A stretch of DNA of 44,126 nt from Candidatus Saccharibacteria bacterium RIFCSPHIGHO2_12_FULL_49_19. Its GTDB lineage: Bacteria > Patescibacteriota > Saccharimonadia > Saccharimonadales > UBA10212. The stretch's first letter is position 1, and every line of letters starts with the position of its first letter. Both the position numbers and the translations under genes were made by a program. The DNA lies in contig MGCX01000043.1 in NCBI GenBank assembly GCA_001788565.1, positions 1 to 44,126 on the forward strand, read 5' to 3'. This document shows positions 32,419 through 41,362 of the stretch, piece by piece. The notes beneath the pieces are model-generated. The model worked only from the letters and a program-made list of their open reading frames with translations, was not told the origin of the DNA and ran no database searches.

Positions 32419-33638
32419 AACAAGAGGTTGACCAAACGAGACCATAAACTTGGAGCGTTACCGGGAATTGTTGTAACTTTACTGGTCAATTCTTCGCTGG
32501 TGTCCTTAGCTATATTAGTATTCGGATCAGGATTGATTTGTCTTCCGACTACGACCAGACGGTTGATAGTTGTGCCTGGCGGATCGCAGGTTATCAGGCT
32601 GATCGTAGCTGGCTCGTCACGTGCGCTAAGAACTGATACATCTGTTGGTTTGACTACCTCTCTTTTGTAGACTTCATAGGTATAGCGTTTGCCGTCCCTG
32701 TCCAGGTAAAAAATGTCGCCGTTTTCCAGGCGTCTAAGCATAACGAACGCGAATTTATACTTGCCTTTATTGAAAATATTATTAGAAGAATGCCCCACAA
32801 TTACCCCGTTACCCACTTCACCCGGGAGCGGTGTATTAGCATAGTGCACCACCCCATTTTCTAAAGCTTGATTAACACTGGCCTCATCCACGGTCTTGAC
32901 GCCGTATACCACTGGTATTTCAACGTTAATCTTGGGAATAATAACCTGAGAGTTAGAACCACTAGCCACACTGCTACTGATGATCGGAGTACTGGTAACG
33001 TTACGACTAGGCTGAATAAAGGGAGCAATAAAACGCTCATTAAAAAATCCAAACAGAAAGATCAAAAGCACGACCGACCCAACAGCTAACCCGAATAATA
33101 AAGACTGGAAGTGTTGAGCGGGCTTAACTCTGACTTTAGACTTGTCGCTTGAACGACCAAACAGAGAATCTTTCAAATCGCCGATACTGTGGGCTACAGC
33201 GCTTGGTCTTTTAGCTTCTTTTCTGGGTATCGGCGGTTCCTCCGGCAGAGTCATTGGCCCGGCTTTTGGGGCCAGCGACGGAGCGGCTGCTGCGAACTTA
33301 GAAGTTCGGGCGTGAGCTTCGTAGAATTCTTCCCAGATCATATGCTTCTCTTTATCGGGTAGCCCCGCATAATACTCGTGCCAGGCGGTCTGGATATCAG
33401 CCAAGGATCTGCCTGAGGTGGTCAGATTATAAATAAATTCTTGATGCTGTGACTTGGGAGTGCCTAGCTCGGCCACATCCAAGGCTTCTGTAGCCGCGTC
33501 AGGCTCTTGGCCGTAGGCTCGCCGTACCTTTTGGCGTACCAACTCAGCCGCCGGATCGGGCTGGCTCGGTTGAGCCCGGTCCGGAATTGGCAGCATAAAA
33601 CTTAAGTTATCGTCAACAGGTGGTTCGTCTGGTTTCAT
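32415..33638 (-). CDS. sortase-family transpeptidase with a ~190-aa N-terminal extension
   Basis: Catalytic His (VIVGHSS), Cys (LITCDPPGT) and Arg (VVVGRQ), with a TM before the catalytic domain. Confidence 0.8.
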   Translation of the reverse strand: MKPDEPPVDDNLSFMLPIPDRAQPSQPDPAAELVRQKVRRAYGQEPDAATEALDVAELGTPKSQHQEFIYNLTTSGRSLADIQTAWHEYYAGLPDKEKHMIWEEFYEAHARTSKFAAAAPSLAPKAGPMTLPEEPPIPRKEAKRPSAVAHSIGDLKDSLFGRSSDKSKVRVKPAQHFQSLLFGLAVGSVVLLIFLFGFFNERFIAPFIQPSRNVTSTPIISSSVASGSNSQVIIPKINVEIPVVYGVKTVDEASVNQALENGVVHYANTPLPGEVGNGVIVGHSSNNIFNKGKYKFAFVMLRRLENGDIFYLDRDGKRYTYEVYKREVVKPTDVSVLSARDEPATISLITCDPPGTTINRLVVVGRQINPDPNTNIAKDTSEELTSKVTTIPGNAPSLWSRLVNLLF

Positions 33639-33701
33639 ATTGTTTCATATCTTATACAACGCCATGATTTATTGTACAATAACTCCTGTAATCCCGCTTA
33701 T

Positions 33702-33786
33702 GGGCGAGTGGCGGAATTGGTATACGCGCACGACTCAAAATCGTGTTCCGCAAGGATTGTGGGTTCGATTCCCACCTCGCCCACCA
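33702..33786 (+). tRNA. tRNA-Leu (anticodon CAA), long variable arm, CCA encoded
   Basis: Acceptor GGGCGAG/CTCGCCC, anticodon stem CACGA/TCGTG, loop CTCAAAA, T-arm GTGGG-TTCGATT-CCCAC. Confidence 0.93.
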
Positions 33787-33823
33787 AGCTATTACAATCG
33801 GAATAATAGGTACTTTGTAGTTT

Positions 33824-35218
33824 ATGTTAAGCCATCAACAAAAAATCAATCGTGTGGCTGATCGAGTTCTCTACCTCAGTTCTGCAGGTACAAAGATACG
33901 TGTTTATCACGGAAGTACCAACACTACGCGCACACTCCGACGCAGAAGAGATGAAATTGTAGATGTTTCTGACCTAAATAGAGTACTTGAGGTCAACACC
34001 AAAAAACGAAGCGTCATTATCGAACCGAATGTGCCAATGGATAAACTCGTTTCTACGACAATAAAATATGGTCTGGTGCCCCCTGTTGTCCCGGAATTTC
34101 CGGGTATTACTGTAGGTGGTGCTGTTGCCGGCGGCTCCGCAGAATCTGCTTCGATTCAATACGGTCTCTTTCACAACCTGGCACTCTCTTATGAGATTGT
34201 TCTTGGGACCGGAGAGGTTATTAAGGCATCATCAAAAACGCACCCTGATCTTTTTTACGGTACGGGCGGCACTTGCGGGACTCTAGGTATTATTACCGCT
34301 ATTGAGCTTAATCTTGTTCCTGCCACAAAGTATGTTCGTCTTGAGTATATCGTTGTCAAAGACCGGGGTGATCTATTAAAAAAAGTAACTGCTAACTCCG
34401 GTTCAAAAGCAGATTTTGTAGATGCAATACTTTTTGAAAACGGCGGCGTTGTTGTACTGGGTTTCCGTACTGACAACCGTGATGGTATCCCTGTCCGCCG
34501 TTTTTCACGACCGTGGAGTGAGTGGTTTTACCTCCACGCGAAAAAGATGGCTGAAAGCGGCGGTGGTAGCGAAGTTGTTCCACTCCAGGTTTATTTATTT
34601 CGGTACGATCGCGGCGCTTTTTGGATGGGAGATTACGCCTTTCAAACTTATCCTTATCATATTCCAAACAACAGATTTACAAGGTTTCTATTTAATCCAT
34701 TATTGAAAACAAGAATGTTGTATAGAGGACTTCAGGAGTCCAACATTGCGCAACAATACATCATCCAGGATTGTTGCGTACCAGGCGAGCGCGCGGCAGA
34801 ATTTTTAGACTATATAGACTCTTCTTTTCAAATTTACCCGCTTTGGGTACTGCCAATAGCTCCGGAGGCGTTTTCAGATACCAATATCCGGACGAAAAGT
34901 TTTGTAATCAATGTCGGTATTTGGGGGCCTTTAGGCCTGCCTTACGAAAAGTTCGTTGAAAAGAATATTGAACTTGAAAAAGTAGTTGCTCAACTAGGCG
35001 GCTGCAAAGCCCCTTACGGGCACTTCTATGGAGATAAGAATATTTTCTGGAAAAACCTCAAAAAAGAGACTTACGAAAAATTAAGAAAGAAATACCACGC
35101 CGATAGAGCATTCCCGTCATTTTATGACAAGATACGTGTGAACGAGCGCTACACGCCGACTGTAACAAAAGGATTTTTCCGAGCTCTTAGGCCTTTTTGG
35201 CGGCTACCCTTGTCTTAA
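33824..35218 (+). CDS. FAD-binding oxidoreductase of the DHCR24/DWF1 (delta24-sterol reductase-like) family
   Basis: Collinear by eye with eukaryotic DHCR24. Matching blocks are ITVGGAVAGGSAESASIQYGLF, SYEIVLGTGEV, DLFYGTGGTCGTLGI, PATKYVRLEY, YPLWVLPI and RAFPSFYDKI. Confidence 0.8.
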   Translation: MLSHQQKINRVADRVLYLSSAGTKIRVYHGSTNTTRTLRRRRDEIVDVSDLNRVLEVNTKKRSVIIEPNVPMDKLVSTTIKYGLVPPVVPEFPGITVGGAVAGGSAESASIQYGLFHNLALSYEIVLGTGEVIKASSKTHPDLFYGTGGTCGTLGIITAIELNLVPATKYVRLEYIVVKDRGDLLKKVTANSGSKADFVDAILFENGGVVVLGFRTDNRDGIPVRRFSRPWSEWFYLHAKKMAESGGGSEVVPLQVYLFRYDRGAFWMGDYAFQTYPYHIPNNRFTRFLFNPLLKTRMLYRGLQESNIAQQYIIQDCCVPGERAAEFLDYIDSSFQIYPLWVLPIAPEAFSDTNIRTKSFVINVGIWGPLGLPYEKFVEKNIELEKVVAQLGGCKAPYGHFYGDKNIFWKNLKKETYEKLRKKYHADRAFPSFYDKIRVNERYTPTVTKGFFRALRPFWRLPLS

Positions 35219-35228
35219 CTAAACAACT

Positions 35229-35269
35229 TTCCGCGAGCATTGTGGGTTCAAGTCCCACCTTGCTCACCA
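35229..35269 (+). repeat. partial tRNA-Leu copy (variable arm, T-arm, acceptor 3' strand, ACCA); att-like direct repeat of 33746-33786
   Basis: 35 of 41 positions are identical to the 3' half of the tRNA-Leu at 33702-33786, with the T-stem GTGGG/CCCAC intact. No 5' half is present. Confidence 0.75.
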
Positions 35270-35272
35270 CTA

Positions 35273-35301
35273 TTGACAATTATCCGATACGACTGTTTAC
35301 T
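35273..35301 (+). promoter_or_regulatory. possible promoter (TTGACA-17 nt-TTTACT)
   Basis: Consensus -35 with a weak -10, immediately after the tRNA fragment and 37 nt upstream of ATG 35339. Confidence 0.35.
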
Positions 35302-35338
35302 TAAAACAGATAGACAAAAACAAAAACAGTTCACAAAA

Positions 35339-36097
35339 ATGAGTACAACTCTTGAAGCCAGCCCAGAGGTAAAGGACAAATACGCGAAGCATGAAGCCGC
35401 CGCTGGTTTTTTAGGCCGTTTGGCTGACTCAGAGTTTGGCTCGCAGTTTAGTGAAAGAACGATATCCAACTGGGGGCAAGCTTTAAGGGTAATATTTGAA
35501 GTTGATAATATCTTTGATGGTCGGGATGATGAGGCTAAGGCGCGTGCCATAATTGCCCTGAGGTCTTTTTTTGGTTCTGGCGGCAATAGTGCTTCTGTTC
35601 AGGAAGGAGACCTCACTCCTGAAACTCTCCAGGAAGCTACGAAGCTTCGGGCAATGATATCGGATAAACAAGCCCAAAATTTTGTTAATACGGGTCTCCA
35701 GGTAATTTCAGTCAGCCAATCTATGAGATCGGTAGGATCCCCGAGAGAATTAGCTCGTCTGACCATGCTTGAAGGCCAAATGACCGCGACGATGCTGGTG
35801 CATCTCATTGAACCAGAGGATAGAGAACAGCCCGGCTGTAACGACTTTATACGTTTTTTGAGAGTAGCATCTAGGGCTGCTAACGTGGTTGACAGTATTG
35901 CCGACTTAAAGACTGACTATTCAGAGGGTGTATCAGTCGTTAAGCCGACTCTTCCTAATAGATTGATTATGCTATGGGAGTGCCTACCAGCTGTTAAAAG
36001 AAGTGTAGACACCTTGGGGGCATTGGCGGTAGTCAGAAAGATGCCTCAAGCGGCTTGGCAGGTAATCCGTGACCGAAGCAGGACCGCGGAGCAATAG
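35339..36097 (+). CDS. all-helical protein with two Asp-rich motifs, squalene/phytoene synthase-like (class 1 isoprenoid synthase fold), tentative
   Basis: RVIFEVDNIFDG and ANVVDSIADLKTDYSEG resemble the two DxxxD motifs of SQS/PSY enzymes. The track start 35240 lies inside the tRNA fragment, so ATG 35339 is preferred. Confidence 0.4.
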   Translation: MSTTLEASPEVKDKYAKHEAAAGFLGRLADSEFGSQFSERTISNWGQALRVIFEVDNIFDGRDDEAKARAIIALRSFFGSGGNSASVQEGDLTPETLQEATKLRAMISDKQAQNFVNTGLQVISVSQSMRSVGSPRELARLTMLEGQMTATMLVHLIEPEDREQPGCNDFIRFLRVASRAANVVDSIADLKTDYSEGVSVVKPTLPNRLIMLWECLPAVKRSVDTLGALAVVRKMPQAAWQVIRDRSRTAEQ

Positions 36098-36099
36098 TA

Positions 36100-36816
36100 A
36101 TGCTGCCAGAATCCATTACCACCCATATGTATTTTTGGGGTTCTCTTGTACTGCTGGGACTCTTTGCAGCCATATTCTATTACCGACCCGATCTTCGCCG
36201 TCGAATGATACGAATGGGCATCGCGGTTGGAATACTTGGAGTCTTATCTGAAGCTGTATTCTTTCAGGATTATTGGCACCCACCGCTGGTTATAAGATTT
36301 GGTAGATTTGGCGGCATTGAAGACTTCTTCTTTGGTTTTAGCTTTGGGGGTATATGCGTAGCTCTCTACGATGTCGTATTCCATAAAAGGCTCAAAAAAA
36401 AGGGCTACCCCCACTACTGGATTATTCCTCTTCTTGTTGTATCAGAGGTACTTTCAATACTAATACTCAGCCAGTACATGAATAGCATTTATGCCAGCGC
36501 GATTGGCTTTGTATTACCTGCAGCGGCGGTCATAGCTGTCCGCCGGGATTTGATTGTGGAAACTGTTTTCTCGGCAATCCTAGGAGCTTCACTGCTGATA
36601 CTAATGGAGATGATCTTGCTGCTGCTGGCGCCGAATTACTTGCGGCAGTACTTTTTGCTGTATGGAGAGGTCCCTCTCATTTTTGGCGTTGTACCGATTA
36701 CTGAGTTTCTGTGGGGAGCTGCCTTCGCTGCAATTGTTGGCCCACTTCGTGACTTTGAGTTCGGCTACGCCCCTGTCCGGATCGAGCAGAAGAAGTCAGC
36801 CAATTCTAGAAGATAA
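36100..36816 (+). CDS. lycopene cyclase domain-containing membrane protein (fused two-half type), tentative
   Basis: About 7 TM helices. Two halves each carry an h-I-E/T-D/E-F motif (GGIEDFFFG and VPITEFLWG), like the PxEE motif of CrtYc/CrtYd. It starts 2 nt after the preceding stop. Confidence 0.5.
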   Translation: MLPESITTHMYFWGSLVLLGLFAAIFYYRPDLRRRMIRMGIAVGILGVLSEAVFFQDYWHPPLVIRFGRFGGIEDFFFGFSFGGICVALYDVVFHKRLKKKGYPHYWIIPLLVVSEVLSILILSQYMNSIYASAIGFVLPAAAVIAVRRDLIVETVFSAILGASLLILMEMILLLLAPNYLRQYFLLYGEVPLIFGVVPITEFLWGAAFAAIVGPLRDFEFGYAPVRIEQKKSANSRR

Positions 36817-36820
36817 TGGT

Positions 36821-37618
36821 CTAAGCTGTGTTTCTCGAAGCAAAATAGACGGCGGAGGTTAAAGCTTCGAAAGGCTTAGAGGGGTTCTGGAGCCACCAGA
36901 CTCCAGTATAAGCTGCTAGCTCCGGAAATCTGATTGGTTCAACAGAGGTGGTACTAACTTTCCCATCTGTCGCGACTGCTACGCTCCCCTGGTGATAAGT
37001 TATCAGGGAAGCTTCAACCTCCCCTGACCATGCCGCTAGTGCTTTTACAAGCTCGTATAGGCTCATATCATGTGTTAATGGACTAGTTCTACGGCTGTAC
37101 TTAGCAAGGGCCTGCAAACGCCCAAAATCGGCCAAAATCACCGTTTTTTTGCGGTTAAGGGGTTTATCGGATACGTGTAAGAAGTAATCAATGCTATCAC
37201 CACACATCGTCACTTGACCGTCGAACTTCTCTAAAAAGGCTTCCAAGAGGATAGCGGTTTCGCTGTTTTTGCCAAAGTCCCCAGCCAGTAGCACGCCGTC
37301 TGCCCAGCTAGCTTGGTCGATCAGCTGAGCTAATGCACTTTTAGAAAAACTGCCCACCGAAGTGCTTGAAGCAAATTCAGCCTCAGCAAACAACCTGCTG
37401 ACTGTCGCTCGCAGCTTATCTGGTAAAACCACTCTTACTGAGCCGGATCCAGCTTTTTCAGCAGCCGAGAATGCCTTAGCAGCTGCCGTAAAGCCGTGCA
37501 GGTTACCACCGACTATCAGAAGTTTTCCGGCTTGAGCTTTATTCTCCGGCTGGCTCCAAATCAAGTCCTCGAAGAGTGGTTTATCGGCCGTTTGTTTTAA
37601 CCAACTGGTATTTTCCAT
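36821..37618 (-). CDS. YjeF-C/NAD(P)H-hydrate dehydratase-like carbohydrate-kinase-fold protein (divergent)
   Basis: GKLLIVGGNLHGFTAAAKAFSAAEKAGSGSVRVVLP resembles the Nnr N-terminal signature. The C-terminal GSGD motif was not recognised. Confidence 0.4.
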   Translation of the reverse strand: MENTSWLKQTADKPLFEDLIWSQPENKAQAGKLLIVGGNLHGFTAAAKAFSAAEKAGSGSVRVVLPDKLRATVSRLFAEAEFASSTSVGSFSKSALAQLIDQASWADGVLLAGDFGKNSETAILLEAFLEKFDGQVTMCGDSIDYFLHVSDKPLNRKKTVILADFGRLQALAKYSRRTSPLTHDMSLYELVKALAAWSGEVEASLITYHQGSVAVATDGKVSTTSVEPIRFPELAAYTGVWWLQNPSKPFEALTSAVYFASRNTA

Positions 37619-38315
37619 TCACCTGCTCGAGTTCGTACCTTACGTTTTTGCGCTCAAGCGCAATCTTCCAGCCCTTACTCTGGGCGTAGTCGAAGAGTTC
37701 TTTCTCCGGATTAAAGGCGATCGGATTCTCTACTAGATTGAGCATCTTAATATCGCTGGCGCTGTCACCCACCCCGATACTTTCTTTAAATCCGACCTTG
37801 TACTTTTTAGCTAAATCTCGAAGAACAGCATCTTTCTTGAAAATTGGTGTCGTTGATTTGCCGGTAAATCTGCTATCAATATACTCATCTTCTCTAGCCA
37901 CGAAGTCGTCAAAGCCATAGTAATCAGCCATTTTCGAGACAATCCCTGCTTGCGACCCGGATATGGCAAAAAGGATAATCCCATCTTTTTTAAGCTGTTT
38001 TAATAGGTCGCGGGTATAGGTATAAACCTGGTCTTTGTATTCATCAAAGACCGCTTGAGCGGTCTGCTCAAATTGCTTGACGGTTATCTCCATCAGGATA
38101 TTGGTGTAAAGCTTCACCAGCTCCAGTTCGTACTGCTTGAATGATTCACTGCTCTCGCGGCGTTTCCAGACCATCCGCGCGTCCCTGATACCTTGGAATT
38201 TCACGGGCGCGATAAAGCCAAGACCTACAAGCTTATCAGCGATAGCGTGGTAGAGCTGCCACCTAATTAATGTCCCATCAATGTCGAAGACGGCGAATTT
38301 TTTCCCTGTTGCCAT
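37581..38315 (-). CDS. HAD-superfamily hydrolase, subfamily IB (SerB-like)
   Basis: Motif I FDIDGTL, motif III K, and motif IV GVGDSASDIKML. Confidence 0.8.
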   Translation of the reverse strand: MATGKKFAVFDIDGTLIRWQLYHAIADKLVGLGFIAPVKFQGIRDARMVWKRRESSESFKQYELELVKLYTNILMEITVKQFEQTAQAVFDEYKDQVYTYTRDLLKQLKKDGIILFAISGSQAGIVSKMADYYGFDDFVAREDEYIDSRFTGKSTTPIFKKDAVLRDLAKKYKVGFKESIGVGDSASDIKMLNLVENPIAFNPEKELFDYAQSKGWKIALERKNVRYELEQVNGKYQLVKTNGR

Positions 38316-38322
38316 ACCCCAA

Positions 38323-38886
38323 TTATATGTGTTTGAGGAGTAAATCTATATAGGGCTGGGGGTTAATCCACCAATCTTCGTGTCCACCGGGCAGTTCAAC
38401 GAGCTTGTATTTTTTGGTGGTTGGCAACAATTTTTGGATTTTAGGGTGTGTAAAGGGGTCTAGCTGATTACGCACCATAACAACCTGTCTGTTGCTCGTT
38501 AGAGTAGGTAGTCTTGGGTCACCTTTGGTTCGCCCCTTTAGAGTTTTGTAATTGGTTCGCATTTTCTTTAAAACGTAAAAAGTAGCCCAGGCTGAACGAC
38601 GTAGCCACCAAATCAGGCTATGCTTCATTGAAGCCTCATGCCTTAGATTCATCTCCATACTCTTGAGAACTGACCGACCAGGCCAATACGGCACGCCTAT
38701 TAACAAGATCAATCCGGCCGTTGTCTTTTCAGGGACCATTAGAGCGCCTAATGAGTGGGCGATAATTACATCTGCTTTCTCGACCTGCTTTATGACTTCC
38801 AGGCCTTGCCCTTCTAGCTCTTTGACAAGCTGCCTAGTATGCCACCTCCCTTCCGACCAACCGTGAAGGATGGAAACGGTTCTCAT
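38323..38886 (-). CDS. small alpha/beta hydrolase (YdeN/RBBP9-like)
   Basis: Nucleophile elbow IIAHSLGA. 187 aa. HGW near the N-terminus and GGHED near the C-terminus. Confidence 0.55.
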   Translation of the reverse strand: MRTVSILHGWSEGRWHTRQLVKELEGQGLEVIKQVEKADVIIAHSLGALMVPEKTTAGLILLIGVPYWPGRSVLKSMEMNLRHEASMKHSLIWWLRRSAWATFYVLKKMRTNYKTLKGRTKGDPRLPTLTSNRQVVMVRNQLDPFTHPKIQKLLPTTKKYKLVELPGGHEDWWINPQPYIDLLLKHI

Positions 38887-39683
38887 ACGTCCAAGGTAAT
38901 ACTTACCGGGGCGTGGTCGGAACCCATGACATCGGCATGGATTTTGGCCGATTTCAGCTTAGGCTTAAGGCTTTCTGACACCAAAAAATAATCTATCCGC
39001 CAGCCCACGTTTCGAGCCCGGGCATTAGCCCAGTGTGTCCACCAGCTGTAATGACCGTTACCTTTGGTGAATATCCTAAAAGTATCCACAAACCCCGCGT
39101 CGATATACTTTTGGAAACCTTTACGCTCCTCTTTAGTGAAGCCTTTTTTACCTTCGTTTTCTTTGGGTCTGGCTAGGTCATCTTCGGTGTGGGCTACATT
39201 CAAATCGCCGCAAAATATTACCGGCTTTTTCTCTCCCAGCTCACTAACATACGCCAAAAACGCCGGGTCCCAATGTTTATGCTTCAAATCCAGACGGGTC
39301 AGGTCATCTTTAGCGTTGATTGTATAAACTGTCACTAGCCAGAACTTATCAAACTCGGCGGTGATTACCCTGCCCTCGGTCCCCGAGTCGCGGTCCTTAT
39401 CATCAACCAGGTTAAACTTTTTGGCATATCCATCAGGAAAGCCGTTAATAACTTTTATTGGTTTAACTTTGGTAAAGACCGCTGTGCCTGAGTATCCCGG
39501 CTTGTGCGCTGAATTCCAATACTCTTCGTAGCCCTCAAAATCAATTTCAGCCTGCTCACGGGCGGCCTTTGTCTCCTGAAGACACAGAATATCGGGCTTA
39601 TGCTTGGCCATAAACTCTTGCAAGGCGCCCTTTCTAATAACCGCCCTAATGCCATTCACATTCCACGAATAAATTTTCGTCAA
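38883..39683 (-). CDS. xth: exodeoxyribonuclease III
   Basis: SWNVNGIRA, CLQETK, GDLNVAH and GSDHAPV. Confidence 0.92.
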   Translation of the reverse strand: MTKIYSWNVNGIRAVIRKGALQEFMAKHKPDILCLQETKAAREQAEIDFEGYEEYWNSAHKPGYSGTAVFTKVKPIKVINGFPDGYAKKFNLVDDKDRDSGTEGRVITAEFDKFWLVTVYTINAKDDLTRLDLKHKHWDPAFLAYVSELGEKKPVIFCGDLNVAHTEDDLARPKENEGKKGFTKEERKGFQKYIDAGFVDTFRIFTKGNGHYSWWTHWANARARNVGWRIDYFLVSESLKPKLKSAKIHADVMGSDHAPVSITLDV

Positions 39684-40144
39684 TTTCTTGCCTCTCTGTC
39701 GATGTCGCGCTGCTGCTGACGTTTTTTAAGGACCTCACGCTTATCCCAGCTTTTCTTACCGCGAGCCATGGCGATCTTGAGTTTGATAAAGCGACCGGTG
39801 GTGAGTAGCTCGATTGGCACGATTGTCAGTCCGGCCTTCTTTTGAGTTATTAAGCTACTGATCTCATTCCTCTTGGCCAGCAGTTTGCGACTGCGGGTCT
39901 GGCCAGACTCGGTAATGGGAACTCCTGAGCTGGGGCTTATCGTGGCATTGACTAGCCAAAGCTCGTTGTCTTTGACGGTTACGTAAGCTCCCTGGAGTTG
40001 GCCGTGACCCAGTCTAAGAGATTTTGTCTCCGCGCCGGTAAGCTGAATGCCGACCACTTTAACTTCCCCCAATTCATAGTCGAAACGGGCTCGCCGATTA
40101 AGGATACGTTTGGTCTGTGATTTAACACCTCTCGCCGACATCAC
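39680..40144 (-). CDS. smpB: SsrA-binding protein SmpB
   Basis: NRRARFDYEL, GIQLTGAETKS and a basic C-terminal tail. Confidence 0.93.
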   Translation of the reverse strand: MMSARGVKSQTKRILNRRARFDYELGEVKVVGIQLTGAETKSLRLGHGQLQGAYVTVKDNELWLVNATISPSSGVPITESGQTRSRKLLAKRNEISSLITQKKAGLTIVPIELLTTGRFIKLKIAMARGKKSWDKREVLKKRQQQRDIDREARN

Positions 40145-40174
40145 ACCCCCATTGTAACCCCAAAAAGCTATTTT

Positions 40175-41332
40175 TTATTGAGCCTGAGCCCTTAAGTTCT
40201 CTACTTCAGTTTCTTGAACCGTAGCTTTGACCACATCCCAAACACTACCGTCACCTTTCTCAGTCATCAGCCAGTACCACCACTCTGCCCCCCACAGGTT
40301 GATTTCACGCATGCCGGTGTCGATCGCGTAACTTATCCGGTCATCCATCCTTTTAGCATTCATCGACTTGAACTGCTCTTCAACTGAAGTCTCGGTTACC
40401 AGCAGTCCGTTAGGTGTCCAAGGTTCGGCTTGAAGCTCGTGGATAAACATGGTTTTTCCGGTTAAAATCTCCCCCCAGCCGGCCAGCATCCCATAGAACC
40501 AGGCCGGTAGTGGGTATTCAAAGTAGCGCTTGGTAAAGGTTGCATCCCAAACCCTCTTATATATTGAGATTCCAAACTGGTCCGGAGTAGGCTGGCGGAC
40601 AGGTATGCCGACCCAGTTGTTGCTCCGGCTGATGATTATACTGTGACTGGGGTCAAGTTTCTCGACCATCTCAAACTCTTCTATAAGGCGCTGGCGATTA
40701 AAATTCTTACACTCCCCAAAAACCTTCATAAAGAATTCATTTTCCAGCTGGTAGCTCTCTAGCGAGGGGTGATTTTTGTAACGCTCGACCACCGCCGTGA
40801 GGTACTTATAAAGCTGAGGCTTCCACTGACTTTCGGGTGCGGCTATATCGGCCCATTTAGGCTCATGGCATTCCGGCCAGCGGGGCTGTCGCAGGCCGAT
40901 AGCCAGCGATACCCTCGCGTCATATTTTTGAGCCATCGCGAACTGCCAGTCCAGACTGGAAAAGTCATATGTTCCCGGTGTTGGTTCGATATCTTTCCAA
41001 TAGCTGACCAGCCGTATCTTTCTTATGCCCAGGTCTGAGAAGATAGCGTTCAGGGTTTCTTCAGGCGACAGTGAGAAGCTTTCAGCGTAATCAGAAATGA
41101 ATGTCGTACCAATAATTAACGGCTCGTCGCTGTGTTTGGCTTTGTACCACTGTGCCACGCCGTACTGTACACAAATCCAGAAAATCACAAACGCCGCCGT
41201 AGCAACTAATATCTTACGGCGGCGGGAGCCGCACCAAAGAAAATTCTTTGATTTTACGAACATCCTTTTGAAACCGGTGTCACTGGGTTTTGATTTTTCT
41301 TTTACCCCACCGCGCTTATACTTATCGGCCAT
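40175..41332 (-). CDS. membrane-anchored TIM-barrel glycoside hydrolase-like protein (clan GH-A-like)
   Basis: N-terminal TM. YQLENEF is a candidate acid/base NE motif and FIHELQAEPW a candidate nucleophile Glu. The family is not assigned. Confidence 0.45.
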   Translation of the reverse strand: MADKYKRGGVKEKSKPSDTGFKRMFVKSKNFLWCGSRRRKILVATAAFVIFWICVQYGVAQWYKAKHSDEPLIIGTTFISDYAESFSLSPEETLNAIFSDLGIRKIRLVSYWKDIEPTPGTYDFSSLDWQFAMAQKYDARVSLAIGLRQPRWPECHEPKWADIAAPESQWKPQLYKYLTAVVERYKNHPSLESYQLENEFFMKVFGECKNFNRQRLIEEFEMVEKLDPSHSIIISRSNNWVGIPVRQPTPDQFGISIYKRVWDATFTKRYFEYPLPAWFYGMLAGWGEILTGKTMFIHELQAEPWTPNGLLVTETSVEEQFKSMNAKRMDDRISYAIDTGMREINLWGAEWWYWLMTEKGDGSVWDVVKATVQETEVENLRAQAQ

Positions 41333-41362
41333 TTCCTGCTATTCTAATTGTCGTACTGATTT

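Noticed and set aside
33640-33861. 73-aa ORF across the tRNA-Leu gene, and the GTG 35240 start of the next-but-one ORF.
   Set aside because: The first ORF is translated straight through a canonical tRNA. The second begins inside the tRNA-Leu 3'-half copy, so ATG 35339 is the plausible start.
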